This document shows positions 40,296-55,003 of a stretch of 64,000 nt of DNA, one piece after another. This stretch comes from Tubiluchus corallicola (lineage: Eukaryota > Animalia > Priapulida): NCBI GenBank assembly GCA_030141605.1, contig JAQGDQ010000406.1, forward strand, positions 125,714 to 189,713. The letters run 5' to 3'. Numbering within the stretch: the stretch's first letter is position 1; every line of letters begins with the position of its first letter. Both the position numbers and the translations under genes were made by a program. The notes beneath the pieces were generated by a model. That model was not told where the DNA came from. It saw only the letters and a list, made by a program, of their open reading frames with translations, and searched no databases.

Positions 40296-40669
40296 ATTGC
40301 CATGCCTTTTCAATGCAAGTACTTAACAAATATCAATATGTACAATTTCAGTTTACGAAAATTTTATACCATGGATGTTATATTTGCCACTGAAATTTTT
40401 ATTATAATATAACTCTGTGTTATGTAATTTGCTTATCAAGAATTAATCTTTTTACGGAATTTTATATCATTCATTTCAATAAGGGAGTATATATTTGGTT
40501 TATTGAAGGTGTAACATCTAAGTTTGAAACAGACAGTTTTACAACTGATATATGTTCTCTCCTACCGGGAGCGAAATGCTAGACAGATGCAGAACAATGG
40601 TGACCACAATGTACAAGAAATGTTACAATGAATATGAACATTAATATGTAACAAGAATAACATAGTTAA

Positions 40670-41445
40670 TACTATTTAAAGCGCTTAGTGTTTGAAATAA
40701 AAGACTGCACTAAAACAAAAATTTGAGTGTTCACAGAATTATCTAGGGCTGGTTCCCGTGCAGAAACAAACGTACAAGTTCATTTGATGCAAATCTGTAA
40801 GCATTGATGTTAAAAGCTGACAAAAGAGTGCAGAGATTTGTAAATAAGTCGTGTCTGGCCTGGTGGTAAAGAGGGCAGCTAATTAAGTAATGACCCACTA
40901 TTTCATAAGTAGAACCACATTGGCAACTAGGTGATGCTAATGACCCATCGTGATTTTTACCTTTTCTGAGGTATAAATCATAATTAAGTTGACAAAAACC
41001 AACTCTCATTCTAGTATGGTGTACAGTACCACTTGAAAAGTATGTAGGCCGCTTATTAAAACAAGTATGATTCTTTAGTCAAGATTTAAAGATATTTAAA
41101 GAGTGAGAGTTATGGATATCAAGAGGTAAACTATTCCAGCCCTTAACCGAGGCAAGAAAAAAAGAATTATCCAAAAGCAGTTGAGTGGCAGGTGTAATTA
41201 GAGAAGTTTTCATTATTACGGACTGGATACATTGTAATATCCCTTACACGAGGAGGCAAAATATCAAAAAGGTAGTGGGGAGCTAAGTGATTCGTGATTT
41301 TATAAAAGACACATAAACGGAAATATTGGAAGCGCTTAGAAATGGGGTTCAGTCCTGCTTCGAACAAAAGGTTTGAATAATTGGAACCTGACATAGCACC
41401 GGTACATATGCGCGCAGCACTCAACTGAATATTATCAAGCAAGTA
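40670..41445 (-). mobile_element. CR1/L2-group LINE 3' fragment (degenerate)
   Basis: LDNIQLSAARICTGA...FYKITNHLAPHYL and HHTRMRVGFCQLNYDL...CQCG...HYLISCPLY; same group as 25800-26580. Confidence 0.8.
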
Positions 41446-41524
41446 GGCCGCTTATTAGCATATATTTGTTTTCGAAAATTTCGTGTTATTAATAAATTTG
41501 CAGAGATCAAACTCTAAAGCTTCA

Positions 41525-42480
41525 TTAACACCACCAACAGTAACACCAACACCACAACAAACAACACCAACACCAACACCACGATCACAACAACCACAAC
41601 CAACGCCAACACCAACACCACAACAATCACCACCAACACCAACACCACAACCACCACAAACACCACAGCAACCTCCACCAACACCATGACCACAACCACC
41701 ACCAACTCCAACACCACGACCACCAACACCACCATCACCACCAACACCCCCTCTATCTACTCCACCATCAACAACACCAACTACCAACACCATCACCACC
41801 ACCAACTCCAACACCACGACCACCAACACCACCATCACCACCAACACCCCCTCTATCTACTCCACCATCAACAACACCAACTACCAACACCATCACCACC
41901 AGCAACCAACAACAATCACCACCAACACCACGACCGCAACCACCAACACCACAACAACCACTACCAACACCAACACCATCACCACCAGCAACCAACAACA
42001 ATCACCACCAACACCACGACCGCAACCACCAACACCACAACAACCACCACCAACTCCAACACCACGACCACCAACACCACCATCACCACCAACAACCAAC
42101 ATCAACCACCAACACTAACAACCACCACCAATCACCACCAACACCCCCACCACCTCCTTCACCATCTCCACCGCCTCCACTGCCACCAACACCACCATCA
42201 CATAATCAACCAACACCACCACCAATTACAATTACTACCAACGCCATCAACCACCACCAACCACATTCAACACCACCTCCACCACCACCAACACCACCAT
42301 CACCACCAAAAGCCAACACCAACCACCACCACCAACACCACCACCAACAACCAAAACCAACCACTACCAACACCACCAACACCATCACTACCAACACCTC
42401 CAACCACGACCGCCACTGCCACCGCCACCACCACAACCACCATCACCAACATCACCACTACCAAAAACACCAACACCAAT
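41525..42480. repeat. (ACC/AAC)n low-complexity tract with internal duplications
   Basis: Read directly. Confidence 0.9.
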
Positions 42481-42784
42481 TTTAATAAAATGCTTTTATC
42501 TGTGACCCATGCAAAAACGAAAGCCACGGAATTAAAAATAGTCAAGAAGTCGCAGTGCATCAGGGTATTCGATTTAGATCAAAAGAAAATCTGTGACCTT
42601 GATGGCACTCTTCAGTAATATACCTTTTGAGAGATATTCCAATAATCACAATTTTAGATATGTAATATCAATATGACAGATATAAATTTAGATTCAGATA
42701 TAAATATATTTCGATTTTTCAGTATTAAAAAACATACTATGCTCTGAGCACATATGTTCAGCATAGTTTTCAAAACGACAACAG

Positions 42785-42929
42785 GAAAATGTCAAGTAAG
42801 GATCATTTTACCTGACTTTGTAAATATCAGAAGTCTTTTTATGGGGCCGCCAAGTTTGCATTGGTGTAGGCCTAATAATACGTCTGACATTTACAAAGTC
42901 TGGTAAAACGAACCGTACTTGACATTTTC
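42785..42929. repeat. Compact inverted repeat (47-bp arms) upstream of a TATA box
   Basis: gaaaatgtcaagtaaggatcattttacctgactttgtaaatatcaga pairs with tctgacatttacaaagtctggtaaaacgaaccgtacttgacattttc. Confidence 0.85.
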
Positions 42930-42967
42930 TTCAGCTAGATTGATTTCAACCTAGTTTTGCACTGCCT

Positions 42968-42975
42968 TATATAAA
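42968..42975 (+). promoter_or_regulatory. TATA box of the Pro/Cys-rich gene
   Basis: TATATAAA 84 nt upstream of the ATG, with TCAGT initiator-like motifs downstream. Confidence 0.6.
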
Positions 42976-43051
42976 GGCACGTTCAGTTTCAGTACTACCC
43001 TCGACAGAACCCAGAGACAGAGGAATTAACAGCAGAATTGAAGAAGAAGAC

Positions 43052-43087
43052 ATGTTGAAACTGATTGTCACTGCAGCAGTCGTGCTG
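43052..43087 (+). CDS. Secreted Pro/Cys-rich protein, exon 1 (signal peptide)
   Basis: Reads MLKLIVTAAVVL, followed by a GTAAGT donor, phase 0. Confidence 0.75.
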
Positions 43088-43529
43088 GTAAGTTGGTTTA
43101 ATTTCTGTCACTGGTTATTTTTTTTCTTTTCGAGACGATGCTCCTTTAATCTGTGCATCCTTTAAGGGGCGCTACGTTTTAGGCCCATTGTCATTTGAGC
43201 TATATATGGCCTGTACTAAAATACTATTATTAGGAAAAAGTTAAACCTGACGTTGCTAGATGGCGACACTCGATTGTATCTAATTTGCGATAAAGCTGTT
43301 ATGAAATTTGTGCAAACTAAGAATTGTATTAATGAATTTATGGTATGGATATTAAGAACTTTTATAAAATGGGCTTTGTGTGGTAATGCTGCCACGCTGG
43401 GCATGCTTTACACGTAATCCTCATATCAACGTAGAAGTCGTTTTTAGATCTGTTTCACAATTTTATGAATATATCTGCTCATGGATAAATGTTTTTTTTC
43501 GTATATTTATACTAGTGATGAACGATTAC

Positions 43530-44473
<944 letters not shown>

Positions 44474-44697
44474 TTGTATATAATGCTTAGGAAAAGTGTA
44501 GAAGGAACTATTTTAGTCACTTTACCTGGTTCGTTTAGACACTCTATAAAGAGCCTAAACATTCTAGGCAATACCCGATTTCACACGTTGTTTGTAAAGA
44601 CCACATATCTTTGTTAAGTACAGCATCCCAGCACCCGAAATAGTCTGTGTTATGTCTGTCTTTTGGAAACTATTTGAAATGGACATTTCATTTTTAG

Positions 44698-44922
44698 CTA
44701 GTCACTTTGCTAACAAAGGGACAGGCGGCACCACCACCTGGTCCACCTCCACCACCTGGTCCACCTCCACCACCACGTCCACCGTGTCCACGAGACTGTA
44801 CGGTAGATACAGGAGAGGATACAGAAGAGGATTGTCCAGCTTTCGATGATCTAGATGAGAGCGAATTTGTGACTGAGACTAAGGAAATTGAATGTCGCCA
44901 TGGGGGCGAAGGAACTATTACG
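44698..44922 (+). CDS. Secreted Pro/Cys-rich protein, exon 2
   Basis: tttttag acceptor and GTAAG donor; reads LVTLLTKGQAAPPPGPPPPPGPPPPPRPPCPRDCTVDTGEDTEEDCPAFDDLDESEFVTETKEIECRHGGEGTIT. Confidence 0.82.
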
Positions 44923-46270
44923 GTAAGATCAACATGAAACATGTCGTTGATACAATGGCAGATCTTTGAATATTTGCTTAAACGTTGTTTATTGGGTTCA
45001 GATTAGACAGTTTGTGCGGGCAAACAGCAGACAAAACAAAATTATATAAATTCAAACAAGCACAAATAGATATACATACATAGACATGAATAATGCATAT
45101 ATTTAAATACATACAAATACATATGAACAAAGACATACATGTAAAGTTAGCAGATGTGACACAATGAATAATAAGACAAATGAGTAATAATAATAACAAT
45201 AACCGTTATAATTTATCGTAAAATATCGTTTACCTCAGAAGAGGGGAGTGTGCGTGCGTGCCTGCGCATGCGAGTGTCTGTGTATGAGTGTACATGCGTG
45301 TTCATGATAGTGTTTGTTTCCTTACGTTAACAGTAGAAGGTAGAAGAATGTAAAGGAGAGGAGAAAGAGGGCGAGAAGAGCCTCAGAATCCTCTCAGTTT
45401 AGACAAAAGTTTGCAGTTAAGACGAACTTGAAATATTTTGCTCAAGGTCGGTTTAGACCATTAGCTTCATTGAACGTACTGTTGCGTACACATTGAAAAA
45501 GAAAAATGTAGGAATCGATTCACTTTTTCCTCACTAGTCTTCATTTTGTGACAACAATGTAAAGTAAAACCATGAATTCGCCTGGCATTAAAGAAAAGAA
45601 CAAGTCACTCAGTATGTTGGCTTTATTTTAACGTTATCACTTAAACTTATAACATACAAGAGAAAAATATAACAAAGAAATTTGCAAAGAACTGCCTGTA
45701 TAGCTTAAATTTAAATTATACTACATCTGAAGAGAAATTTTTGGGCGTGTTGGTTGCCGCCACATGAAAATCATGCTGTAACTGGGAGATTTCGTGACTT
45801 TTCGTAAGCACGTCGTGGTTTTCCGTAAGCACGCATTACTTAAACTAATTCAGACTTCTGCAGCTTACGTAATGTTCATGTAAAAATATTACAAAACTAG
45901 CTATCTTTTTTTTGTAAAAACTTATTATACTTTTGATGAAGATTGATAGTGCGCGACATTTTTTCAAGACGAATGACGTCATTGGAAGAAGAGTGGACAT
46001 TGAAAATAGGAGCACACAAGAATGAAGTGATCGCGACTTTAAAGTGATTTTACTAGTTACACGAGCCACTTATTGCAGTTTTATTACTAAATCCTCTAAC
46101 ATTTTTCGTGAACATTGATATAAGCCTAACCTCTTAAAAGACTTCACCTTTCCTTCAATGTTTTTAATGTTTGTGTAAATCGTATCATATTCGTTTGATT
46201 CGTTTAAACGAGGAACAAACTACGTATAATGTATTTTTGCATAATCTTCTTAATTGATTTGTTTTTCTAG

Positions 46271-46453
46271 GTACTAAAACGAACCAAAGACTGTGTATGT
46301 GCCCTGCCACCACCAAATGGTCCACCGCCAGATGGTCCACCACCACCATGTCGTCCTCATGATGGCTGTGACTGTGCATACGCAAATGAAAAGGTCGCTG
46401 AAAACACTTGTCTTCCACCACCTCCTCCACCTCCAGGTCCACCACCTCCTTGA
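46271..46453 (+). CDS. Secreted Pro/Cys-rich protein, exon 3
   Basis: ttttctag acceptor, phase 0; reads VLKRTKDCVCALPPPNGPPPDGPPPPCRPHDGCDCAYANEKVAENTCLPPPPPPPGPPPP*; AATAAA at 46664. Confidence 0.82.
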   Translation, partial: VLKRTKDCVCALPPPNGPPPDGPPPPCRPHDGCDCAYANEKVAENTCLPPPPPPPGPPPP

Positions 46454-48881
46454 ACCACCTGCTCCAACACATTAAGCAAAAACGTTATTCTTCAATTATT
46501 CAACCAAACCTATGTAGCCTTTATACAGGTCTTCTTCTTACAGAAAATGATAAGAAACAAAAAATTGAAATTGTTAATATCTCTTAATTGTTCCTATAGA
46601 CGCCAAGAGATGGCGCAATAACAAAATTGAGTTCCCACTCAAATTGTTATTCAATATTGACTTAATAAATCATTCAGTAAGCAGTACACTGTGTTCGTGT
46701 GTATATTCTTAAAATCTTTAGCTGGTAATTTCAACAAACATTGTAAATCCAAGTCTATCTCAAAATGTGTCACTTGCTACATAATGTGTAATCTGGAAGA
46801 AGTCTAGTCACCAGACTTGATCCCCATAATGTAGATCTTAAGTGAGGCATTTTACTCACTAATACTCACTAATACTTTTATCAGCCCATAAAGATTATCA
46901 TACATTATTACTCATTTTCAAATATAGTAACTCATCGCTTAACAACTCCCTTGGCCTTAAATGAGGCATTTTACTCACTAATACTTTTATCAGCTCATAA
47001 AGATTATCATACATTACTACTCATTTTCAAATACAGTAAGACCTCGCTTAACGACTCTCCGTTCAACACACACATTCGTAGCACACAGATTACTATCTAG
47101 TTAAAATTTAAAATTGGTGTGTGACTCGGCTACAATTTTCCTACTGGCGCGAATATTTTAAATTATTATTTCTAGTTACCTAAATCTTTCCAGCAGGTAA
47201 ACGAATTGCTAAATAATACAGATTTGCATGGAAAGTTTTTTGGGACATAATTTAACATTTTCTTTTTTCCCCTGATTTACGTTTGCGTAGGTGACGTCAG
47301 AACAGTATTGCGGGAGTTTACAATGAAAACAAACGAAAATTCCTTTTCACGCAAGTACGATATACGCATAAAATTGCTAAAAGTAATATAATTTTTAAGA
47401 TGATTTTTCTGAAACCTACTTCAGCTACCCCCTTTCTTGTCCTTTAACTGGCATTTTCAGCTACAATTTCACACAATAAAGTTGATAATTACCACTAAGC
47501 AAAGATAAGCAAAGAGTGGGAAAAGAAGTATATGCCTTACTCTACGCGGTAACCGTTTTTCAGAGAAGAAATCTCTTGACGACTTTGGGCCCTTCTAAAC
47601 TAATTTGGCAGGAGCCATGGTGACTAATTGTGAAAAAAGCTATTTATTGATCTGTAACATTGAGCCTATTACAGAAAATCAGTGAACGAAATATTTAAAC
47701 ATCACTTTAAAATAGCTTTAAGTTATTCTGCTATAAGCTATAGCCTATCATAAATACAGCTATTCAATTAGCCTATCACATATAGGTTTATCACATATAC
47801 GTTTAATGAAAAGGACAAAAATGTAACAGAGAAATTGCAAAAACTGTTTATAAAGCATACGGTTTATTTATGCTGCCGTTGTATAGAATTTTCAGGCAGG
47901 GTGGTAGCCCCATTCACTTGAAAATTATGACGTAACTGGTGGACTTCATAATGTTTTATAAGCGCATCGTTGCTTACCATAACCAACCACTGCTTAAACT
48001 AATTCAAACTTCTACAGCTTGTCAAATGTTCATGCAAAAATGTCACAAATTTAGCTGCCATATTTTTTGCAAAACCCTTTTGCTGAACCTTTGAGGCGCG
48101 TAGCTTTCCTCAGTCGATAAATGACGTCATTGGTGGATCAATCAGCAATCAAAACGGGAGCGCCCAAACATGAAACGATTGCGACTTTATATGGACTTTA
48201 CTAATAACACGAGGTACTTTTCATTCTAACATTTTCTGTAAACATTGAAAAAAGGAATATCTTCCCTTAAGGTTTGGCCTTTCCTTTAAGCTATAACAAC
48301 GATTAAACTATAGTAAAATAATTTGTACAGTGGTTGCGTTAAAGTCTGTTTATTATAGTGGTTAATGCTGCTTGCTGATTATTGTTGTTTATTGCGTGGC
48401 GTGTGAAGTAGCCAGGATGGGCAGGGCAAACTATCAAGACTGTATTTAATAAGCAACATATTTATTAAACATCAACACAACACGGTAAATATGCGAGGAT
48501 AGTCATGTCAGCTCTCCGTCTTCAAGTCAGTTCCTAGTCTGCCCAATCTGCCTAATCTGCCTCAAAACACTTTTGTTTAACAACCTAATGCGCCATGAGC
48601 ATCAGCTGATCACGTGATGCCACGCCTACCTGGGATTCTAGCCACGACGATAATTTAATCCTGCATCGTAAAGTATTTGATCTTGAATTATTAATTTAAT
48701 AATTTAATCACCAATTTAATCAAAATCACTATTTAACACAGCTTTCTTTTACTCTATTAGTAATATATGTGTGCTATTTTCGACAGTTGTAAACCAAGTA
48801 CGGATAATTCCAAACAAAACATTAGCTATTTTTTGTGCATCCGTGCAAAAACTTCTCTGTCACCTTCTCATTCTTGGATGT

Positions 48882-50515
48882 TCATCCTTGTCTACTAGAG
48901 ATAAGCGCTTTCACTGCACGTCGAAATGTTTCCAGTTTTCCGGAGTACACAAATATATTTACAAACGAGTTGCACATGCCCAGTAGCAAAGCAAAAATTA
49001 ACAGTTGAGTTTTTACCGTTATAAAACACAACTTGTGAAACTTGTAAATAGTGCTAAAAAGGGTAACCAAAATGCTGTGTACAAGGTAACTGTCATGCCA
49101 AGCACTTTTGCTATCTTTAACTTTTGTTTTAATTCATCGCCTCGTAAAGCTTTCGTTTGGTTCAGGCTGTTCAAAGCAGATATTGATTTTTGCTGCCTCA
49201 CTGCGACACGTCCTATGTGAGAATAGCAAAATACAAACAGAGGAACAAAAATTGCCCCGGATCCCGTGGTTGTTACAAAAACGTAGGGGAGACCCGGGTA
49301 AAGTGGATCACTTAAAGGTTTTCGCTCATAGAGTTCAAGACGTTTGATCTGTAACAATCAATTACATGCCCCATTCTTCCGTAGGAAACTCTGCTATATT
49401 CGTGTGGTAAAAACTTATAATTACTATTACTCGTTTAACAGATAATTCCGAAATACGAAACCAAAATGTCTAGGGCAAAGTGGATCTTTTACGGGCATAG
49501 TGGATCATACCGGAGCGGTTGAGCTCAACATAACTAACAATATCTTTTAAATGGATTTTGTCTATTTTGCAAAAGTAAATTGATATGAAGCAGCAATGAA
49601 CCATCCATCATATGTAAAAACAGTAGCGAATAAATCTGCACTAAGTGGAATTTATCATCATGATCTATAAAAGTGAAAAATCGCAAGAAAGTGGGTGAAA
49701 AACTTACTTTTGTGTACCGTGCTTAGACAAACTTTGCAAAGGTCGAGGACGTTTATGCAGAGTACACAGTAGATGATGATGTAACATCACACAGGGCGTA
49801 GACCGCGACACCTTACGGAAAAAAAGAGCAAACACGTTTGATCCGCTTTGCCCAGTGATCCACTTTACCCGGGTCTCCGCTACCTGCCATAATATCTGGT
49901 AAAATGTATGTAAGACAATCCTGTGTAGTCGCTTATATAGTACGTTACTGCACCTATTACTGTGATAAGAACTGTAAGGGTCCATGCCAAAACAATAGCA
50001 ACTTCACCAGTTTTATGTGTGACCCATCTATGATAGTCCAGCGGGTAAAGAATGGCTATGTACCTTTCAATCGTTACAACCATGTACAGTATTATGGAAC
50101 CATAAATGTTAAAAGACGTTAGGGCAGAGACGAATGTGCAGAAGCCAATCTTGCATCGAACACCTGCCAGGAATCCCGCGAACAGAACGAGCAATCCAAA
50201 TCCGGTTGATGAATTAGCGACGGCCAGATTTGCAATGAAATAGAAAACCACTTCGTGGAGTGAAGGCGTGTAGATGATTGTTATAAGTATTAAGAAGTTG
50301 CCAGTTACAATACCGGTTCCGAGAAAAAAATTCACTGAGTTGGATAACAAATGAGCTAGGTCATGTTCTAAAACGCTTTTGCAGCCCGTGTGGATCCCAT
50401 TGTCATCAAGAGAATATGAAAAGTTTGATTTATTGAGCAGCTCTGGGCTTATTGATGAGTTCTCCCATTCTGGAAGTTCCTTGAAGTCATCCAGTTGATT
50501 AATTTTACACGACGT
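48882..50515 (-). pseudogene. Intronless class A (rhodopsin-like) GPCR pseudogene
   Basis: GN (TM1), NLAVAN (TM2), ERY (TM3), W (TM4), FWLP (TM6) and NSFVNIFVY (TM7). Lesions: MITE insertion at 49286-49880, frameshift near 49020-49050, and no in-frame ATG (ACG at 50513-50515). Confidence 0.85.
49286..49880. mobile_element. TA-TSD MITE (IS630-Tc1-mariner/pogo type), 595 bp
   Basis: 27-bp TIR G(G/C)GGAGACCCGGGTAAAGTGGATCACT with 1 mismatch; TA at 49284-85 and 49881-82; internal GGGCAAAGTGGATC-like repeats. Confidence 0.9.
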
Positions 50516-50612
50516 CCTCTCAGTCTTGGTTTATTATAATTGTCTGGTTAATCTGAAAGTAATTTATTTCATATAATTATTTCATATAACATCAATAATT
50601 GTACAGTTACTT

Positions 50613-51110
<498 letters not shown>

Positions 51111-52021
51111 AAGAGGGAGGGAGGCAGGGACGGAGGGAGAGAAAGAGAGAGAGGGAGACAGAGAGAGAAACAGAGGTAGCAAGAAACAGGGAGCTAGTGG
51201 AAGAGTGACTTTTTCTCGAATTACTGTACCTAGCACTTGTTATGTAAAAAAGAAAAAAGCACTTCAGGCATATTTGTGAAAAAACAGGACTCAAATTACA
51301 AAGGGTACAAAGAAATATAATTATTTGGTTAATTAAAAATACTTTAAAGATATTTAAAATTTATAATGACGACGATGATGATGACAACGACGAAGATGAC
51401 AACACATACATCACCAGGACCAACAGCACAGCCTCACAACAAAACATTTTGTACAAAGTTGAAGCTGTGTGCTACAACAAAAGCTCTTAGACCCTTCCAC
51501 CAATGATCAATAATGCGCGAACATTCTATACAGTGTTTATATAAATTTCCCTTTTGATCGTAATAGACTAACATTACAACACTTATATTATAACAGCCAG
51601 TAGCAGTTTTACAGAAAAAAATTATAGGCAGAGTATAATGTCAGAACAATGGCTTTGCGTCAGCAGTTTTCCAAGCGAAAATCGTCCGAAATGGAACCTC
51701 TAATTAACTCGTCGCTAATTCTCTTGGTTGTCCTAAAACGAAACCCAAGTCATCTAATAGACCTGTTCCTCCTCTTTCCAAAGAGCCGTACATCGCCTTC
51801 CGAGAGTTTTCTGCAGTATGTTTGGCCAAAGTTTCGAAAAAATCAAGAGTTACAATGGTAATCGGGTCGTGCAGAGTTGGTGGTTCTTGTGCTTGTGTTT
51901 CTTATATGTGTTTCTTGTATATATATATATATATACATACATATATACATACATAAATACATACATACATACATACATACATACATACATACATACATAC
52001 ATACATACATACATACATACA

Positions 52022-52055
<34 letters not shown>

Positions 52056-52714
52056 GATAGGTAGATAGGGCTATATATATATATTTACACAACAGTATAT
52101 ATAATATATATATATTGTTGTATATGGGCCACATATATATATATTAAGCCCATACTATAATGCGATCAAGAAATATAATTATTTTAATAATATAATAAAA
52201 CTTACACTTGTGACGCCCAGCAAAAGATGCTCTATCCGTTACAAAAACTTTTGCTAGAAGATTTTTTGAAATTTAGGAAAACATGACTATAAAAACCGGT
52301 TGTTGAGATTGACTAGGTCCCGAGGAAGAGGAAGATCAGACGTTCAACAATCACGCCATCTACAAGGTTGTTACTTCTGTCGTCACGTCATTCGTTCGCG
52401 CCTGCGCGTTTTGCAGGATGAACAGCCAGAGACGCCTAAAGCGGCTCATAAATTGGAAAATATATTTTCTGGGAAATGTTTTCTTTGAAGTAAATTTTTC
52501 TGGCCAGTAATTTTCCTGTAAAAGTTTTTCCCGGGAAAAAGCTTTCCTGGAAAGGTGTCTACCTTTTGCACCCCGACCAAACCTGAACAGTCTGATCTTC
52601 CTCTTAGGGTATAAAGTTTTGGGCTAAAATATTTGTATTTGCATTTCCAATTAAATTTAATATTATTATTATTATTATTACCATTATTATTATTATTACT
52701 ATTATTATTATTAC

Positions 52715-52967
<253 letters not shown>

Positions 52968-53536
52968 GAAAGCTGTACAAGTTTGTTTGAGACACATAAT
53001 TATCATTATGTCAATGAAGCACTTTTTGCACGGTGCACACGATGCAAAATCTGCCGGTAGCAATTTGTCTGAAACGGATTTTGCTCGTATTTTGGGCTCG
53101 ATAAAAAGTTGGCAAAAACAGCGTGGGAAAATGTGTCTCGGACACGTTATTACTGACAAATCTTGCACTGTGTGCGACCGGTATACGATAACATTTGCGT
53201 TGTCAACTGCAGAGGAATTTTATCTATTTAAAAGTATCAGTTTTTTTTTAAATTAGCCACTCTAACAGCAAAATCCCCAGTTTTGTTCTTTCAATGTTCT
53301 TTCTCCTGAAGACATCTTTTTCCGCGTTGTCTTTGCAAACTCAGAAGAGCTAAAATAGTTTGATATTGTCTGTAGTCTACTATGTAAAACGTGGAATCAA
53401 AGCATATTGTTGATAATAATCAGCTTCTTCTAAATATGGAATTCGTTAGAATTCATTTAAACAGATTTTGGAGAATGCTGTCACAATGATAAATTCGTTC
53501 TCGACTTTTGCGCGGTCTTTACAAAAAAAAATTCGA

Positions 53537-54164
53537 ATGATGGATCAAAGCATGGAGAACCTCGTTATTTTGCTTATTATTATTTGCACTTTATTTAAAC
53601 CAGCCATATGCGAGAAATGCGAGAACACGGACGATGAAATCAGTCAGATTTCACCTTGCGTATTTACAAGTGACTTTAAGAACAAGACAATGAAGAACTG
53701 CGTTTCTATCTTGTGCTGGGAGTTGGCGAAAGAGGAATTAGCTACCTTTTCCTCTTCACGTGTGAAAATCCCCATAACACAAATTCGTGTTGCTCGATAT
53801 GAAGATACAGAATTACCAGAGAATTTTCTGGCTGGTATTGATGTCAAATTTCTAAGCTTTGAAAAGACACAAGTGGAACAATTAACAGAAGGATGCATTT
53901 ATGACGACTTCCGACATCTTAGGAATTTAGATATTATTAACAACGCCATGCTGAAATTTATACATCCCAAAGCATTTTCCAGACTTTCTGCTCTTACAAG
54001 AATTTATATTGCGAAAAATCCAAGTTTGACTGCAATAGATTTTGACTTGACTGCCTTACCAAAATTGGGATTACTTCATATAACAAAAAATACGCATCTA
54101 GAAAGAGTCACATCAACATTCAGTTCTAACATAAAGCCTGGACAGCCAGGGATTAGTTTATTTA
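53537..54164 (+). CDS. Secreted LRR-EGF protein, exon 1 (signal peptide, Cys cap, LRRs)
   Basis: MENLVILLIIICTLFKPAIC signal; C..SPC..C cap; LRRs LRNLDIINNAMLKFI, LTRIYIAKNPSLTAI and LGLLHITKNTHLERV; A|GTAAGT donor. Confidence 0.85.
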
Positions 54165-54534
54165 GTAAGTATTGGTAATAAATAAGTCTGGAGTAGCACT
54201 GGCATCATGAAAATTTTACTTTCGTCTTAAATAATTGACTAACAGTTACTATAATTGTAGTTCTTATTAAATAATTAACAAGGAATCAATAATATTTTCT
54301 CGGTTAATTTATTTTACGTCAGCACATTGAAACATTATAAATTGTAAAAGTACTTGGTCTTCCTGAGCTGGGGCCTACTTAATTTAACAATAGTTAGTAG
54401 TTATTTTGAAACTCTTATTAAATTTTTGTAATTTCTAAAGCAGCGGTTACTTTGGTAACTGACCCTGCAATTTACAAATATGCCCATGTTTTCAAGCAAT
54501 TTGAGCACGTAGTAGCCTAAAGCCCATTTCACAG

Positions 54535-54644
54535 TGAGGATGAACAGAAAACTGGCAACCTTCCCTTTTCTTGAAGAGTGCTACAGAAATTGGAACACTG
54601 TTTTCTGTTGGTTTGCACAGTTCACATTCATTTCGCACCTCCCG
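54535..54644 (+). CDS. LRR-EGF protein, exon 2 (apparent 1-nt deletion)
   Basis: Continues the LRR (SLF-MRMNRKLATFPF). The exon is 110 nt where 111 are needed; adding one A near 54575 gives LERVLQKLEHCFLLVCTVHIHFAPP-GNHL. Confidence 0.55.
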
Positions 54645-54868
54645 GTAAACGACTATGATATTTCACGAATACCCTCTACCTGCCATTTCACATCTCTGGA
54701 TTAATGATCTATGATACTTCACACCTTCATCACCTTGAACAGCTTAGCCATTTTGACGGCCATTATGATAATTAAGATATTGATTGTGTTTTTACGATTT
54801 TTATAAATAATCGTGGCATTTTTTTGTAGCAATGTATCTCTAGTATGCGATTTTTGCAATTTTTTTAG

Positions 54869-55003
54869 GAAACCACTTAATCTGTGATTGCAATTTACTG
54901 TGGCTACGCGAGGGTAAATTCAGAACAGTTTACTTTGACTGCGCGCTGCCTGTCCCCAAAATCGATGCCTCAGTAAATGACATTACGTCTTCGTGCATAG
55001 CAG
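54869..55003 (+). CDS. LRR-EGF protein, LRR C-terminal cap exon
   Basis: Reads GNHLICDCNLLWLREGKFRTVYFDCALPVPKIDASVNDITSSCIA (NxxxCDCxLxWL..C..P..C); CAG|GTGAGT donor; phase 1 to 1. Confidence 0.85.

Noticed and set aside
41483-42618. Thr/His/Pro-rich ORFs as a mucin or part of the Pro/Cys gene
   Set aside because: This is an (ACC/AAC)n tract with composition drifting between frames, no signal peptide or splice sites, lying upstream of that gene's TATA box.
45333-45445. Purine-rich possible extra exon (VEECKGEEKEGEK...) in the Pro/Cys gene
   Set aside because: The acceptor is weak, there is an in-frame stop before any donor, and exons 2 and 3 already join in phase.
49286-49885. MITE acting as a spliceable intron that rescues the GPCR
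   Set aside because: A CAG|GTAGC donor exists, but there is no AG at the far end, the acceptor near 49349 is out of phase, and other lesions remain.
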